In this document: positions 32,509 through 41,682 of the stretch, piece after piece
Numbering within the stretch: position 1 is the stretch's first letter
How the letters are laid out: each line of letters begins with the position of its first letter
IMG/VR virus record: IMGVR_UViG_3300045391_000045
Span: 1 to 64,000 of that record
Origin: a virus
Strand: one strand, 5' to 3'
Length of the DNA: 64,000 nt
Program-made: the position numbers and the translations under genes
The notes under the pieces: generated by a model
What the model saw: only the letters and a program-made list of their open reading frames with translations
Database searches by the model: none
Told to the model about the DNA's origin: nothing

Positions 32509-32540
32509 CGTGCGGCCCTTCGGGGCCGCTAGCTTTTTGA
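32509..32540 (+). terminator. rho-independent terminator
   Basis: GCGGCCC-TTCG-GGGCCGC then TAGCTTTTT. Confidence 0.65.
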
Positions 32541-32554
32541 GAGAGGGTAGGATA

Positions 32555-32782
32555 ATGTCCAAATGGATTCAGCCTGGTAACAGGATTATGGACAAGGCGT
32601 ATTTGCGCCATGGTCGCGTGACATACACAGGTGAGCAGCTTGTACTTGCATTGCTGCTACACACGAAGGGTAAGACCCGAAGAGGTCAGAATGAGCTAGA
32701 GCAGGTTGCTAAGATGCTTGATGACCCTAATATTAATAGAAATCGAAAGAGAACACCCCGTAGGAAGCCTAAGGCAGCCTGA
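32555..32782 (+). CDS. hypothetical basic protein
   Basis: RBS GAGAGGGTAGGATAATG. Confidence 0.45.
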   Translation: MSKWIQPGNRIMDKAYLRHGRVTYTGEQLVLALLLHTKGKTRRGQNELEQVAKMLDDPNINRNRKRTPRRKPKAA

Positions 32783-32810
32783 CGGGGTTTTCCCGTTTAA
32801 GGAGATAAAC

Positions 32811-33164
32811 GTGGCACAAATCATTATCAATCGCTCTGAATCCCGTTGTGGTAGTTGTGGACAAGGAGCTTTCATGGAAGAAACGGGACATTATACAATT
32901 GCAGGATACAAGAACAATGGCCTACCTGGTTGCGGTGAGGCTTGGGATGGTGTAAGCTCTGACTATCTCAACATCCCCGCGATGCTTGCGGCTGGTAGTG
33001 AAGGCTACTGGTTCGCTGAGAATTTGCGTGGGCTTCCTGTTTATGATGCAGCACATGCAGAGCCGATTGGAGTTTATGGTGGCCCGTCAAGAAAGAATGC
33101 GGAAGTGTCAGCGTTGCGGCGTCAGGCGGATATCTCCGTTTCTCAAGACAACGACGTGCGGTAA
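32811..33164 (+). CDS. hypothetical protein (GTG start)
   Basis: RBS AAGGAGATAAAC then GTG. Confidence 0.4.
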   Translation: MAQIIINRSESRCGSCGQGAFMEETGHYTIAGYKNNGLPGCGEAWDGVSSDYLNIPAMLAAGSEGYWFAENLRGLPVYDAAHAEPIGVYGGPSRKNAEVSALRRQADISVSQDNDVR

Positions 33165-33184
33165 CTGTCAAGCACTAGAAATTA

Positions 33185-33367
33185 TTGAAGGGATTCGTAA
33201 TGGCGGATTGGTACAAGGACCACAATGTGAGTCCGGACGCAGTGAGTGAAGAAGAGTATCGTGATTGGCTTGCTGTGAACGTGGGGGTTGAAGAGGCAGA
33301 CCGTTTCTGGTATGGTATTGACGATGCAGAGTTCCTAGGGGATGATGATTATGGCCGGGCTTCCTAA
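33185..33367 (+). CDS. hypothetical acidic protein
   Basis: 60 aa. Confidence 0.4.
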   Translation: MKGFVMADWYKDHNVSPDAVSEEEYRDWLAVNVGVEEADRFWYGIDDAEFLGDDDYGRAS

Positions 33368-33584
33368 GAAGATGTACTATGTGCTTATCAAGCCTGGTGG
33401 TAAGCCTCTAAGATATGGTAGAAAGGGTGGTGGCTCATACACCCTTGAGAATAACGCTCGTGGTCAGTATGAACACTTGAAGTCTCAGGGTTGCAAGGTT
33501 GAGCTTTACACTACCGAAGTTGAGTGGAACATGCTAGAGTCCAATGTAAACGAACCAATTGAAGGGCAGGAGCCTCTATGGTAA
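33342..33584 (+). CDS. hypothetical protein
   Basis: 80 aa. Confidence 0.4.
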   Translation: MMIMAGLPKKMYYVLIKPGGKPLRYGRKGGGSYTLENNARGQYEHLKSQGCKVELYTTEVEWNMLESNVNEPIEGQEPLW

Positions 33585-34054
33585 CGTATGTCAAGGGTGA
33601 TGCAACTAAGCCTCAGGGTGATGGCAGGAAGATTATCGCCCATGTTTGTAATGACGAAGGTGGTTGGGGCGCGGGATTTGTCCTTGCTGTGGACAAGTTG
33701 TCTTCGCAGCCACGAATCAGTTATCGAATGGCTTATGACCACTGGACTAAGGAAGAGGGGTTGACTTTCATCCCACTTGGATGGACTCAGCTTGATTATG
33801 TTGGCAATAACATTTACGTTGCCAATATGGTTGCTCAGCATCGTACAATCCGTAGTGTTGAGAAGCCAATTTGTTACAAGAGCCTTGAGGTATGCCTGGA
33901 AAAGGTTGCTAAGAGTGCAATTGCTCTTGATGCTACAGTACACATGCCTCGCATCGGATGTGGACTTGCAGGTGGCGACTGGAATGTGGTAGAGTCAATC
34001 ATCAACCGAACCCTAACGCTGAGGGATGTTCATGTCACAGTCTACGACCTTTGA
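33578..34054 (+). CDS. macro domain (ADP-ribose binding/processing) protein
   Basis: IIAHVCNDEGGWGAGFVLAV and GCGLAGGDW resemble macro domain Gly-rich ADP-ribose pocket motifs. Confidence 0.6.
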   Translation: MVTYVKGDATKPQGDGRKIIAHVCNDEGGWGAGFVLAVDKLSSQPRISYRMAYDHWTKEEGLTFIPLGWTQLDYVGNNIYVANMVAQHRTIRSVEKPICYKSLEVCLEKVAKSAIALDATVHMPRIGCGLAGGDWNVVESIINRTLTLRDVHVTVYDL

Positions 34055-34265
34055 GCAGATTCCATTGTTTGACGTTGACGAAATTCCATGGGGATATTGC
34101 TATGACTGCTATCTCAAGGTGGAATTTGACATCAACCACAGACTTCCATGGTGTTCAAATTGCAGCAAGGAAGTTCATTCATATGATTGGACAACGACTG
34201 CAAAGTTCAAGCCAATTCGTATCTCACCATCACAAGTGTTGAAGTCTAACACTGTACCCTGGTAA
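34026..34265 (+). CDS. zinc-binding protein
   Basis: CYDCY...CSNCS. Confidence 0.45.
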   Translation: MFMSQSTTFEQIPLFDVDEIPWGYCYDCYLKVEFDINHRLPWCSNCSKEVHSYDWTTTAKFKPIRISPSQVLKSNTVPW

Positions 34266-34330
34266 TCAGGGCGGGGTTCATAAAGAGCCCCGCAAGCTTC
34301 ATTGGTTCGAAAACAAAGGAGATATAACCA

Positions 34331-36256
34331 ATGCGACCTAATGCAAATGTGGCTGAACGCAAGGGTGACCTTGGTGGCCAGAAGATTGCAATGACGTTCG
34401 ACCAGAATAGTCTTGCACATCTTATGTCGGTTATGACTGACCTGTATTCTGACCCTGAGCTTGCGGTAATTCGTGAGTACAGCACAAATGCGTGGGATTC
34501 CCACAAGGCTGCTGGGGTTACTCGTCCTATTGAGGTTACGCTCCCTAATGGTCTTTCTCCTTACTTCAAGGTCAAGGATTACGGCCTTGGTATGGATATT
34601 GACGACATTGAGAATATCTATTCTCAGTATGGTGCGTCAACGAAGCGTGACACTGATGACCAGGTTGGTATGCTTGGTCTTGGTTGTAAGTCTGCGCTGT
34701 CTTATACTTCCCAATTCACGCTTATTGCTGTGAAGGATGGAATGAAGTATAATGTAGCTATTAGCCGTACAGAGAATGGCTCCGGAGTCATGGAGGTTGT
34801 TCTTGCAACCGAGACTGACGAAGAGAATGGCGTTGAAATTGTCATTCCGGCTAAGCGTGGTAACAACTTTGCACACAAGGCAAATGAATTCTACCAGTTC
34901 TGGGAGAAGGGCAGTGTGCTTATTGATGGTGAAGAGCCTAAGTACATTTCTGGCCGGGAGGTCAAGAATGGAATTATGATGGTCTCTGACCTTTCCAAGG
35001 ATTATCTTATCATGGGTAACGTCGGTTATCCTCTTGATGAGCGTCACCAGATTGGTGAGCGCAATTACTATTCCCGCTATGGCGTAGTGGCGCGGGTTGA
35101 CATTGGAGACGTGAACTTTACGCCTTCTCGTGAATCCCTGCATTACACTAAGCGTACTGAGGACACAATCAATCGAATTCGGACTGAATTCAAGGCGGGT
35201 CTCGATGGTATTGTTGAGCGAGACGTTACGGCATGTGCAACTCAGGAAGAGGCTCTTACGACTTACCTTGAGTGGTACAATCTTCTTGGTGGTGGTTACA
35301 GCCGTTACAAGTTCCCTGAGGTTGAGTACCGGGGTAAGAAGGTTCCGATGAACATTCAGCACCCGTTCCTCTCCTACAAGGTGAACCACACGCGGTATGC
35401 AGTTGATTCACACAACTGGATTGATATTAAGACTGCTCGTGATACCCCCATCATTTATGGGTTCGCTGGTGAAAAGATTAGCGGCCATCAGCGTGAGAAG
35501 ATGCGTACTTGGCGCACGCTCAATGGATTCACTTCTAGCAACATCCTGATTTGTGATGAACTGCCGGATGTTCTTGAAGAGGATTGGATTCCTGAGAGCA
35601 AGGTATATTCTTGGGAGGATGTTAAGACTGCTAAGGTTCCGGGACAGAAGTCTGGTCGTCCTGCTGCTGTTTACGATGTTTACCTTCCTGGTTCTACTCG
35701 TATCAAGCAGGTAAAGGCTGACGAATTCCCTGACGACGTTGAGATTGCCCTTGTGGCTCCGCGAGATGTTCCTAATTTCCGGACCGTTAAGGCTTTCCTT
35801 GAGGAGAAGACGGATGTTATGATTGTTCGACTTCAGCAGTACCGATGGGAAAAGTTCCGCAGGACATATCCTGACGCTAAGGACCTTACGTCATTCTTCA
35901 AGGAGATGTACGAGAGCGCAGTAAAGGGCCTTACCGATGAGGACAAGTTCAACCTTGGCCTTGACTATCGTGTCCGCAATCTGCTACAGTCTCTTAATGA
36001 GACGGAGATTGAAGACCCGGAACTTGTAAAGGCTATCATTGCTGCAAAGCAGGTCAAGCCTAGTGATACTCTCAAGCGATATGAGGAAATGAAGGAAACC
36101 TATGGTACCTTTAACTTCGCTCGATATGGTCAGGCTGAAATTGACCGGGTTAACCCGCTTGAGCAGTACGTTCTTCTGAAGTACCATTACTACGACATGG
36201 ATGTTACGCACGCTACGGTTTATATCAATGCAGCGTACCACGCTTTCGTAAAGTGA
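34331..36256 (+). CDS. GHKL-family ATPase, Hsp90/HtpG-like
   Basis: N-box VIREYSTNAWDS, G1 box VKDYGLGMD, G2 box GMLGLGCKSALSY; 641 aa. Confidence 0.6.
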   Translation: MRPNANVAERKGDLGGQKIAMTFDQNSLAHLMSVMTDLYSDPELAVIREYSTNAWDSHKAAGVTRPIEVTLPNGLSPYFKVKDYGLGMDIDDIENIYSQYGASTKRDTDDQVGMLGLGCKSALSYTSQFTLIAVKDGMKYNVAISRTENGSGVMEVVLATETDEENGVEIVIPAKRGNNFAHKANEFYQFWEKGSVLIDGEEPKYISGREVKNGIMMVSDLSKDYLIMGNVGYPLDERHQIGERNYYSRYGVVARVDIGDVNFTPSRESLHYTKRTEDTINRIRTEFKAGLDGIVERDVTACATQEEALTTYLEWYNLLGGGYSRYKFPEVEYRGKKVPMNIQHPFLSYKVNHTRYAVDSHNWIDIKTARDTPIIYGFAGEKISGHQREKMRTWRTLNGFTSSNILICDELPDVLEEDWIPESKVYSWEDVKTAKVPGQKSGRPAAVYDVYLPGSTRIKQVKADEFPDDVEIALVAPRDVPNFRTVKAFLEEKTDVMIVRLQQYRWEKFRRTYPDAKDLTSFFKEMYESAVKGLTDEDKFNLGLDYRVRNLLQSLNETEIEDPELVKAIIAAKQVKPSDTLKRYEEMKETYGTFNFARYGQAEIDRVNPLEQYVLLKYHYYDMDVTHATVYINAAYHAFVK

Positions 36257-36316
36257 TTGGTCGGCCCCGAAAGGGGCCAAGCTCCGGAAATGTCTAATAT
36301 TAGGAGATAAAACAAA

Positions 36317-37324
36317 ATGAAGTATAATCTCGTTCAGGTTGAAGATGGCGGAGAGGCAAACCTTACCGTTGTCCACGATGGAGAGATGTATGTGGCCACT
36401 GACACTCACCCTAATTTCGAGCGAATTGTCGCGGGTGTTGTCGCCGGAGATGAAAGTGTAGTTGAACTGTTTGATGTTCAGAAGACTGCACAGAAGCGAT
36501 TCGACAGGCTTTCCGAGCGTGTCACTGTTTCAAATGGTAAGGTCTACCTTGATGGTGAAGAGGTTGACAATGCACTTACCCAGCAGGTTATCAACTTTGT
36601 GAATAACGGAGTTGAGGACTTTAAGCCTCTCGTTGCTTTCTTCGAGAAGGTTGAGACTAACCCGAATTCTCACAGCCGAGTTCAGCTTTACGCTTGGCTT
36701 CGTGACCGTAACATTACCCTTACTGAGGATGGAAACTTCATCGCTTACAAGGGTGTGAAGGTCGAGAATGGCGAGTATTTCAGCATTTCCACTGGAAAGG
36801 CAATTTCCAATGGTGTTGAGTACAATGGTGCAATTCCTAACCCGCTCGGTGCGATTGTTGAGATGCCTCGCTCTGAGGTTCAGCACGACCCTAGCGTTGG
36901 GTGCCACACCGGTCTCCATGCTGGTACGTGGAATTACGCCAGTGGTTTTGCGCGGGGTGCGGTTCTGACCGTAGAGATTAATCCGCGTGACGTTGTTTCC
37001 GTTCCTACGGACTGTGATGCGCAGAAGTTGCGTGTCTGTCGCTACGTGGTTAAGGACGTGACTGAGACTGAGCTTGACACTCCGGTCTACAGCACTTACC
37101 CTGACCTTGATGGTTACGAGGATGAGGAGTACGACGACTACGGCTACGATTATGACGAGCCGGATGTTGACACAGACGAGCCTGTTGAGGTAGAGTCTGA
37201 GGACAAGGAAGGAACCGAGTCCACCGGTGTTGTAACTGCGGATGTTTCTAGCGCAATTACGTGGCGTCCTGTGGAGTCCACTTGGGCTCCGGAAGACCCC
37301 GATGCACCTTGGAACCGAGTCTAA
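36317..37324 (+). CDS. hypothetical protein with acidic Tyr/Asp/Glu-rich tail
   Basis: 335 aa. Confidence 0.55.
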   Translation: MKYNLVQVEDGGEANLTVVHDGEMYVATDTHPNFERIVAGVVAGDESVVELFDVQKTAQKRFDRLSERVTVSNGKVYLDGEEVDNALTQQVINFVNNGVEDFKPLVAFFEKVETNPNSHSRVQLYAWLRDRNITLTEDGNFIAYKGVKVENGEYFSISTGKAISNGVEYNGAIPNPLGAIVEMPRSEVQHDPSVGCHTGLHAGTWNYASGFARGAVLTVEINPRDVVSVPTDCDAQKLRVCRYVVKDVTETELDTPVYSTYPDLDGYEDEEYDDYGYDYDEPDVDTDEPVEVESEDKEGTESTGVVTADVSSAITWRPVESTWAPEDPDAPWNRV

Positions 37325-37331
37325 TCGGTTC

Positions 37332-37352
37332 GCCCCTTCGGGGGCAAGCTTA
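37332..37352 (+). promoter_or_regulatory. conserved intergenic element: GC hairpin + CAAGCTT (representative copy)
   Basis: GCCCCTTCGGGGGC then AAGCTT, 13 nt before AAGGAGG RBS. Confidence 0.5.
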
Positions 37353-37365
37353 CTAAGGAGGAACA

Positions 37366-37524
37366 ATGACGGTAGCGGAATTGATTGCGAAGTTGCAGAC
37401 GTATCAGAACCAGGATGCTATGGTTAAGGTCTTGGTTGACGACGGATGTGGTTGTTGTTCGAGTGGGGGAACTTACGAGGACATTGATGTTGATGTAGTT
37501 GATGGAGAAATCCGAATCTCGTGA
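37366..37524 (+). CDS. hypothetical small protein
   Basis: 52 aa, strong RBS TAAGGAGGAACAATG. Confidence 0.45.
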   Translation: MTVAELIAKLQTYQNQDAMVKVLVDDGCGCCSSGGTYEDIDVDVVDGEIRIS

Positions 37525-37571
37525 TACACTAGCCTCTCCGGAGGCAAGCTTCCTAACGAAAGGAGATATTA

Positions 37572-38348
37572 ATGTCCAAGATTATGATTCTGGGCGACGT
37601 TCACGGTGAGACAAAGTGGCTGGTGAACATGATTAACAAGGCCAGTCGAATGGGCGTCAAGAAGATTCTCCAGGTTGGAGATTTCGGAATCTGGACTCAT
37701 GAGGCTGAGGGACACCGGTTCCTTGACCGCGCAAATGAGGAGCTTCGTAAGCATGGCATTAAGCTCTATTTCGTTGGCGGCAATCATGAGAACTGGGACC
37801 ACCTGAATTGGCACGAGAAGAATGGTGCTAAGGACTGGAATGGTCACACATTTATTCGGTCTCACATTCTTTACACTGGTCGGGTGAATCGCTGGACCTG
37901 GGGTGAGAAGGGTGAGGAGAAGGTCTTTCAGGCTGTTGGTGGTGCCTTTTCAATTGACCGGCGTCGGCGGGTTGTTGGAAAGACTCTCTGGCTTGATGAG
38001 GAGATTCCTGACCGGGTTGTTTATGGTCTGGAGAAGGCTGGTCGGAAGTGTGATTACCTTTTCACGCATGATGGTCCTAGCTGTCTTCCATTCGCAAATC
38101 TGAAGCCTGATATCGACTCTGATATGCACCGGCAGAAGATGGACCGAATTGGGCGGGCTACTCGGCCTAATCTTTGGTTCCACGGTCACTATCACAAGTG
38201 GATGGAGTACAGCTTTATGCACCAGGAGGGTTATTCCTTCGTGTATGGGCTTGACCGGGACTATCAGTTCTACTCTTACGCCATTCTTGATACTGCATCT
38301 GGTGACGTTGAGACTGCAACTGGTAAGATTATCGAGCACGGAAACTGA
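37572..38348 (+). CDS. calcineurin-like metallophosphoesterase (Ser/Thr phosphatase-like or 2',3'-phosphoesterase)
   Basis: GDVHG, GDFG, GNHE motifs. Confidence 0.65.
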   Translation: MSKIMILGDVHGETKWLVNMINKASRMGVKKILQVGDFGIWTHEAEGHRFLDRANEELRKHGIKLYFVGGNHENWDHLNWHEKNGAKDWNGHTFIRSHILYTGRVNRWTWGEKGEEKVFQAVGGAFSIDRRRRVVGKTLWLDEEIPDRVVYGLEKAGRKCDYLFTHDGPSCLPFANLKPDIDSDMHRQKMDRIGRATRPNLWFHGHYHKWMEYSFMHQEGYSFVYGLDRDYQFYSYAILDTASGDVETATGKIIEHGN

Positions 38349-38434
38349 GATTTGCCATTTGAATAGTTATCCAATACAATGAAATGTATGGAGGTTAGTC
38401 CTCCGATAGATTTTTGAGGAGGTGTACTATTCAA

Positions 38435-38869
38435 ATGGCAAATGAAGAGAAGAACGAGTCACGCATTCTTTCAGCCGATGAGCGCGCTGCTGCTCTGAAG
38501 GAGTCTGACGCTAAGGCTGCAAAGGCAGACTACAAGCCTGTTACGGCTGTTGACGCTGTTGAGCCACACGGCCCACACGGTGTTGAGGAGGCTGCCGCTA
38601 AGCGTGCGAAGGACGCTGGTGTGACTGACCCTGCATTCGTTAATTACGCAGAGGCTCTAGAAAACTACCAGGCTCGTCCAGACGTTGAGCCACTAGACGA
38701 GCGTCGCGCTCGTGAGGGTGGACGTGATTTCCAGGCTGCATCTTTCCGCCGTGAAATTGGTGGAACGGACAACTCTGGAGTTACGACTTCTGAGGATGTA
38801 TCAACCGATTCAGGTGATGACAAGACAGCTAACAAGACTGCTGCTGTCCGTAAGCCTGCTGGTAAGTAA
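38435..38869 (+). CDS. hypothetical Ala/Glu-rich protein
   Basis: RBS GAGGAGGTG. Confidence 0.5.
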   Translation: MANEEKNESRILSADERAAALKESDAKAAKADYKPVTAVDAVEPHGPHGVEEAAAKRAKDAGVTDPAFVNYAEALENYQARPDVEPLDERRAREGGRDFQAASFRREIGGTDNSGVTTSEDVSTDSGDDKTANKTAAVRKPAGK

Positions 38870-38889
38870 GGTTTATTCTTTGTGGCGAA

Positions 38890-38927
38890 ACCCGGTGTTG
38901 ACAAAGCACCGGGTTTTTGCTTATACT
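38890..38927 (+). terminator. terminator hairpin AACCCGGTG...CACCGGGTTTTT overlapping a TTGACA-N18-TATACT promoter
   Basis: stem 9 bp + T5; TTGACA sits in the loop. Confidence 0.55.
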
Positions 38928-38938
38928 ATAACAACAAC

Positions 38939-39011
38939 GATTCCTTAGCTCAGTTGGTAGAGCAGCGGACTTTTAATCCGAAGCGCGTCAGTTCGAGTCT
39001 GACAGGAATCA
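38939..39011 (+). tRNA. tRNA-Lys (anticodon TTT)
   Basis: acceptor GATTCCT/AGGAATC perfect, D GCTC/GAGC, loop CTTTTAA, T-arm GTCAG-TTCGAGT-CTGAC. Confidence 0.6.
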
Positions 39012-39014
39012 CTA

Positions 39015-39044
39015 TTGACACTCAGTTGTCAATCATGTTAAGAT
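39015..39044 (+). promoter_or_regulatory. promoter TTGACA-N18-TAAGAT
   Basis: palindromic TTGACACTCAGTTGTCAA. Confidence 0.45.
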
Positions 39045-39081
39045 GTTTGTATAATGCAACTTAAGCGAAAGGTAAGGACTA

Positions 39082-39315
39082 ATGCCTAATCTCGATTACA
39101 AGGCAGCGCACCGATTTGTGCGGGAGCAGCGTCGGAATGGAAATGACGTTCGTTGGGAAGGCTGGGATATGGTATTCTGGAAGCCTACTCGACATGGATT
39201 CACCAGCATTAACGGAGCGTTCAAGAACGGCCGTTGGGGTGTTGAGTCTCGAATTTCCGTCAATTCTGACGGGGTGTGGATGGTCCCGAATAAGAATGTC
39301 AAGTCTACTCGATGA
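39082..39315 (+). CDS. hypothetical protein
   Basis: 77 aa. Confidence 0.4.
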   Translation: MPNLDYKAAHRFVREQRRNGNDVRWEGWDMVFWKPTRHGFTSINGAFKNGRWGVESRISVNSDGVWMVPNKNVKSTR

Positions 39316-39604
39316 ACTAGGACTAGACCCCGAAGATTTCCAGTGGCAAGACTTGGCTCTGTGCTCCAATATGCCAACATCTTTCTTCTATGATTCGTAT
39401 GAGTCAGACCAAGAAACGGCAAAGGCAACAGACCAAGTCTGCCTTCATTGTCCAGTAATAAAGCAATGCTTTTTTGCCGGGTCAGATGGAGAACACGGAG
39501 TTTGGGGTGGGGTTTACTGGAATGGTGCAGGTAAGCCCGATAAGAACAGAAATGCACATAAAACTGAACAGGTTTGGGTTGAAATCAGGAGCAAGGTCGA
39601 ATGA
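39296..39604 (+). CDS. whiB: WhiB-like [4Fe-4S] transcription factor
   Basis: four Cys (C..C..HC..C) plus GVWGG turn and basic tail. Confidence 0.6.
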   Translation: MSSLLDELGLDPEDFQWQDLALCSNMPTSFFYDSYESDQETAKATDQVCLHCPVIKQCFFAGSDGEHGVWGGVYWNGAGKPDKNRNAHKTEQVWVEIRSKVE

Positions 39605-39861
39605 GTCTATATACGAATAACGTACAGAAAATCTTTAAGACCATGAAGGCTCCGTATCCAAATTTCGTCGTGGATATTGTAGAATATCATGACTACCTTG
39701 CACTGAGAGTTTACAAGGATAATATCGAATCGTTCAGCGACAATCATAAGATTGCACTCGCTGAATATCTCTATCAACTTAGAGATGCAATTAGGTCCGA
39801 ATGTAAATGCCACATTGAAGGAGTCGAAAATGCACCACCGTCTAGAGGAAGACCGCAATAG
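39601..39861 (+). CDS. hypothetical protein
   Basis: 86 aa. Confidence 0.45.
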   Translation: MSLYTNNVQKIFKTMKAPYPNFVVDIVEYHDYLALRVYKDNIESFSDNHKIALAEYLYQLRDAIRSECKCHIEGVENAPPSRGRPQ

Positions 39862-40027
39862 TTATCCTCTTATTTACATCATTGAAGAGCGAGTGTGGGG
39901 GTTTCTCGTCCAAGAGAATGCCTACTTTTCCGAAGTGAAGTATAGCATTGGCGGTATTGAATATAATACTTGTCTGGAGAATGATGAATTCTTTATTCCA
40001 GACCAGATTGGATATGAGAAGGGTTAA
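39830..40027 (+). CDS. hypothetical protein
   Basis: RBS GAAGGAGTCGAAAATG. Confidence 0.4.
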   Translation: MHHRLEEDRNSYPLIYIIEERVWGFLVQENAYFSEVKYSIGGIEYNTCLENDEFFIPDQIGYEKG

Positions 40028-40266
40028 TGAGCCAAGCGGAATGCAGTTCATGCGGGAAGCAGCACAATGACCTGAGAGCATATAAGTCGAAGTTGCTACT
40101 AGGTACAACTTTTCTTATGTGTCCACATTGCCGAGCCGGAAAGATGGAGCCGAGATTTGCCATCATTCTTGCTGGCAGGGCTCAGGGTGTTGATTCCGTA
40201 GTTGAGTATGTCAAGAATAGACGCTATTGCGGCAATGAGATTCTTGCCAAGGAATTGATGGTTTAA
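40027..40266 (+). CDS. zinc-ribbon protein
   Basis: CSSCG...CPHC. Confidence 0.45.
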   Translation: MSQAECSSCGKQHNDLRAYKSKLLLGTTFLMCPHCRAGKMEPRFAIILAGRAQGVDSVVEYVKNRRYCGNEILAKELMV

Positions 40267-40297
40267 CAACTAAAAACGGGCGGGTTTAGACCCGCTA

Positions 40298-40370
40298 CCC
40301 CTGGTTAGCTAATAGGTAAAGCAGCCGATTTATAGTCGGATATATATGGGTTCGAATCCCGTACCGGGGA
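40298..40370 (+). tRNA. tRNA with TAT anticodon (Ile AUA reader?)
   Basis: acceptor CCCTGGT/ACCGGGG, anticodon arm GCCGA-TTTATAG-TCGGA, T-arm ATGGG-TTCGAAT-CCCGT. Confidence 0.45.
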
Positions 40371-40373
40371 CTT

Positions 40374-40402
40374 TTGACATTTAAGTATACGGAAGTTATA
40401 CT
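40374..40402 (+). promoter_or_regulatory. promoter TTGACA-N17-TATACT
   Basis: directly after tRNA. Confidence 0.45.
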
Positions 40403-40837
40403 TTGATTATGTCCAGACTAGTGAACCTAGCTAAGGCTGTGTCAGAAAAGCCTACAGAGGCAATCGAGTACATCATTTCGATGGCAGTGTTCTTTGTAGG
40501 AATCTGGTTCCTAAGTCCTTTCTATAAGCCGTCTACGTCAGTTCAGTCACAGATTTGGGAAAGTACCCACATTCCTCAATATACTGGTGCTGTTCAGGCA
40601 TTTCTAGCCGCGCTTCTATTCATTGCACTGGTCAGAAAGAATTGGGTGAGGAGGCAAGCGGTCCGTCGGCAGACAACGTTTGCCATTTTTGTTCTTTACC
40701 TGTTTTATGGATTCTCTTCTACAATCATCCTTGGGATGGGGAGGGTTTCTTGGGTATCCACATTCGCAATTGCGCTAATCTCAGGTGTGGTGAACCTAAG
40801 GTTGAAGTGGGAGGAGGGTAATCATGCCGGAAATTAG
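40403..40837 (+). CDS. membrane protein (4 TM)
   Basis: hydrophobic profile. Confidence 0.5.
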   Translation: MIMSRLVNLAKAVSEKPTEAIEYIISMAVFFVGIWFLSPFYKPSTSVQSQIWESTHIPQYTGAVQAFLAALLFIALVRKNWVRRQAVRRQTTFAIFVLYLFYGFSSTIILGMGRVSWVSTFAIALISGVVNLRLKWEEGNHAGN

Positions 40838-41123
40838 CCAGGCGTGGCTTGCCCTTATCGGGGCTGTTCTTGGTGGTTCAGGACTTAAGATTATCGAATA
40901 TTGGCTAAACCGCTCGAAAGTGAGGGAAGATGCTGCTACGCAAATGCGTACTGAGCTTAGAGATGAAATCAAGTCTCTTCGTGAGGAATTGCGTACAGTT
41001 GAAGACGAACTAGACAAGTGGCGTGGCAAGTATTATGAACTAATGGATGAGTTCATGAAGGCCAAGGGCGACCTTGCAGAAGCCTTGCGTAAAGCACAAA
41101 GCAAGCCTAGTGAAGACTCTTGA
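40824..41123 (+). CDS. membrane-anchored coiled-coil protein
   Basis: N-terminal TM + charged coiled coil. Confidence 0.45.
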   Translation: MPEISQAWLALIGAVLGGSGLKIIEYWLNRSKVREDAATQMRTELRDEIKSLREELRTVEDELDKWRGKYYELMDEFMKAKGDLAEALRKAQSKPSEDS

Positions 41124-41206
41124 CCTAAGCTGCGAGCGAGCGGAGCGCTATATCTCCGCATTTTCTTTCTAAACGATTATGTAGTAGAATAGTTACTGAT
41201 AAGGAG

Positions 41207-41497
41207 GTGCTAATTTTGGCATTTTACCAGGTAACATCATTCTATTATGATGAGACGACAGGAAACATTTTCATCCAGCTTGCAAAGGATGTAGACGTTT
41301 CATATACCCACCTACCAGAGGAGCAGCCACAGGACATTTTTGAAGCTCAGATTTTCCTAGATGGCGGAACAACCCTAGTTGGAAAGTATCGTCCATCAAG
41401 TGAAGATGGTACAGTTACAGGTGGTCACTACGGTCGTCAGGCGGGTGCATCACCAGACTCAGCAGTCGTTGCCCCACTTGAAGACGCTCCAGAGTGA
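41207..41497 (+). CDS. hypothetical protein
   Basis: 96 aa. Confidence 0.45.
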   Translation: MLILAFYQVTSFYYDETTGNIFIQLAKDVDVSYTHLPEEQPQDIFEAQIFLDGGTTLVGKYRPSSEDGTVTGGHYGRQAGASPDSAVVAPLEDAPE

Positions 41498-41499
41498 GC

Positions 41500-41529
41500 T
41501 TGACAGACTCCTTGAAGGTCTGATAAGGT
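41500..41529 (+). promoter_or_regulatory. promoter TTGACA-N18-TAAGGT
   Basis: precedes tRNA-Glu. Confidence 0.45.
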
Positions 41530-41571
41530 ATTAAGTACAAGGTAAGGCAACCGCCAAAGAGTTGCCAACAT

Positions 41572-41647
41572 GCTCCGGTGGTCTAGTTCGGTCTAGGATA
41601 CTGCACTCTCAATGCAGAGGTCACGGGTTCAAATCCCGTTCGGAGTA
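41572..41647 (+). tRNA. tRNA-Glu (anticodon CTC)
   Basis: Glu-type D region GTCTAG-TTCGGTC-TAGGAT, anticodon arm CTGCA-CTCTCAA-TGCAG, T-arm ACGGG-TTCAAAT-CCCGT. Confidence 0.55.
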
Positions 41648-41654
41648 CAAGCAT

Positions 41655-41682
41655 TGACAATCTAGTGTACTAGCGCTAGTAT
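41655..41682 (+). promoter_or_regulatory. promoter TTGACA-N16-TAGTAT
   Basis: -35 exact, 16-nt spacer. Confidence 0.35.

Noticed and set aside
34637-35389. 250 aa minus-strand ORF inside the GHKL ATPase gene
   Set aside because: Antisense shadow ORF; the + strand carries conserved ATPase boxes
36530-37366. 278 aa minus-strand ORF
   Set aside because: Antisense to 36317-37324; whole window is otherwise transcribed left to right
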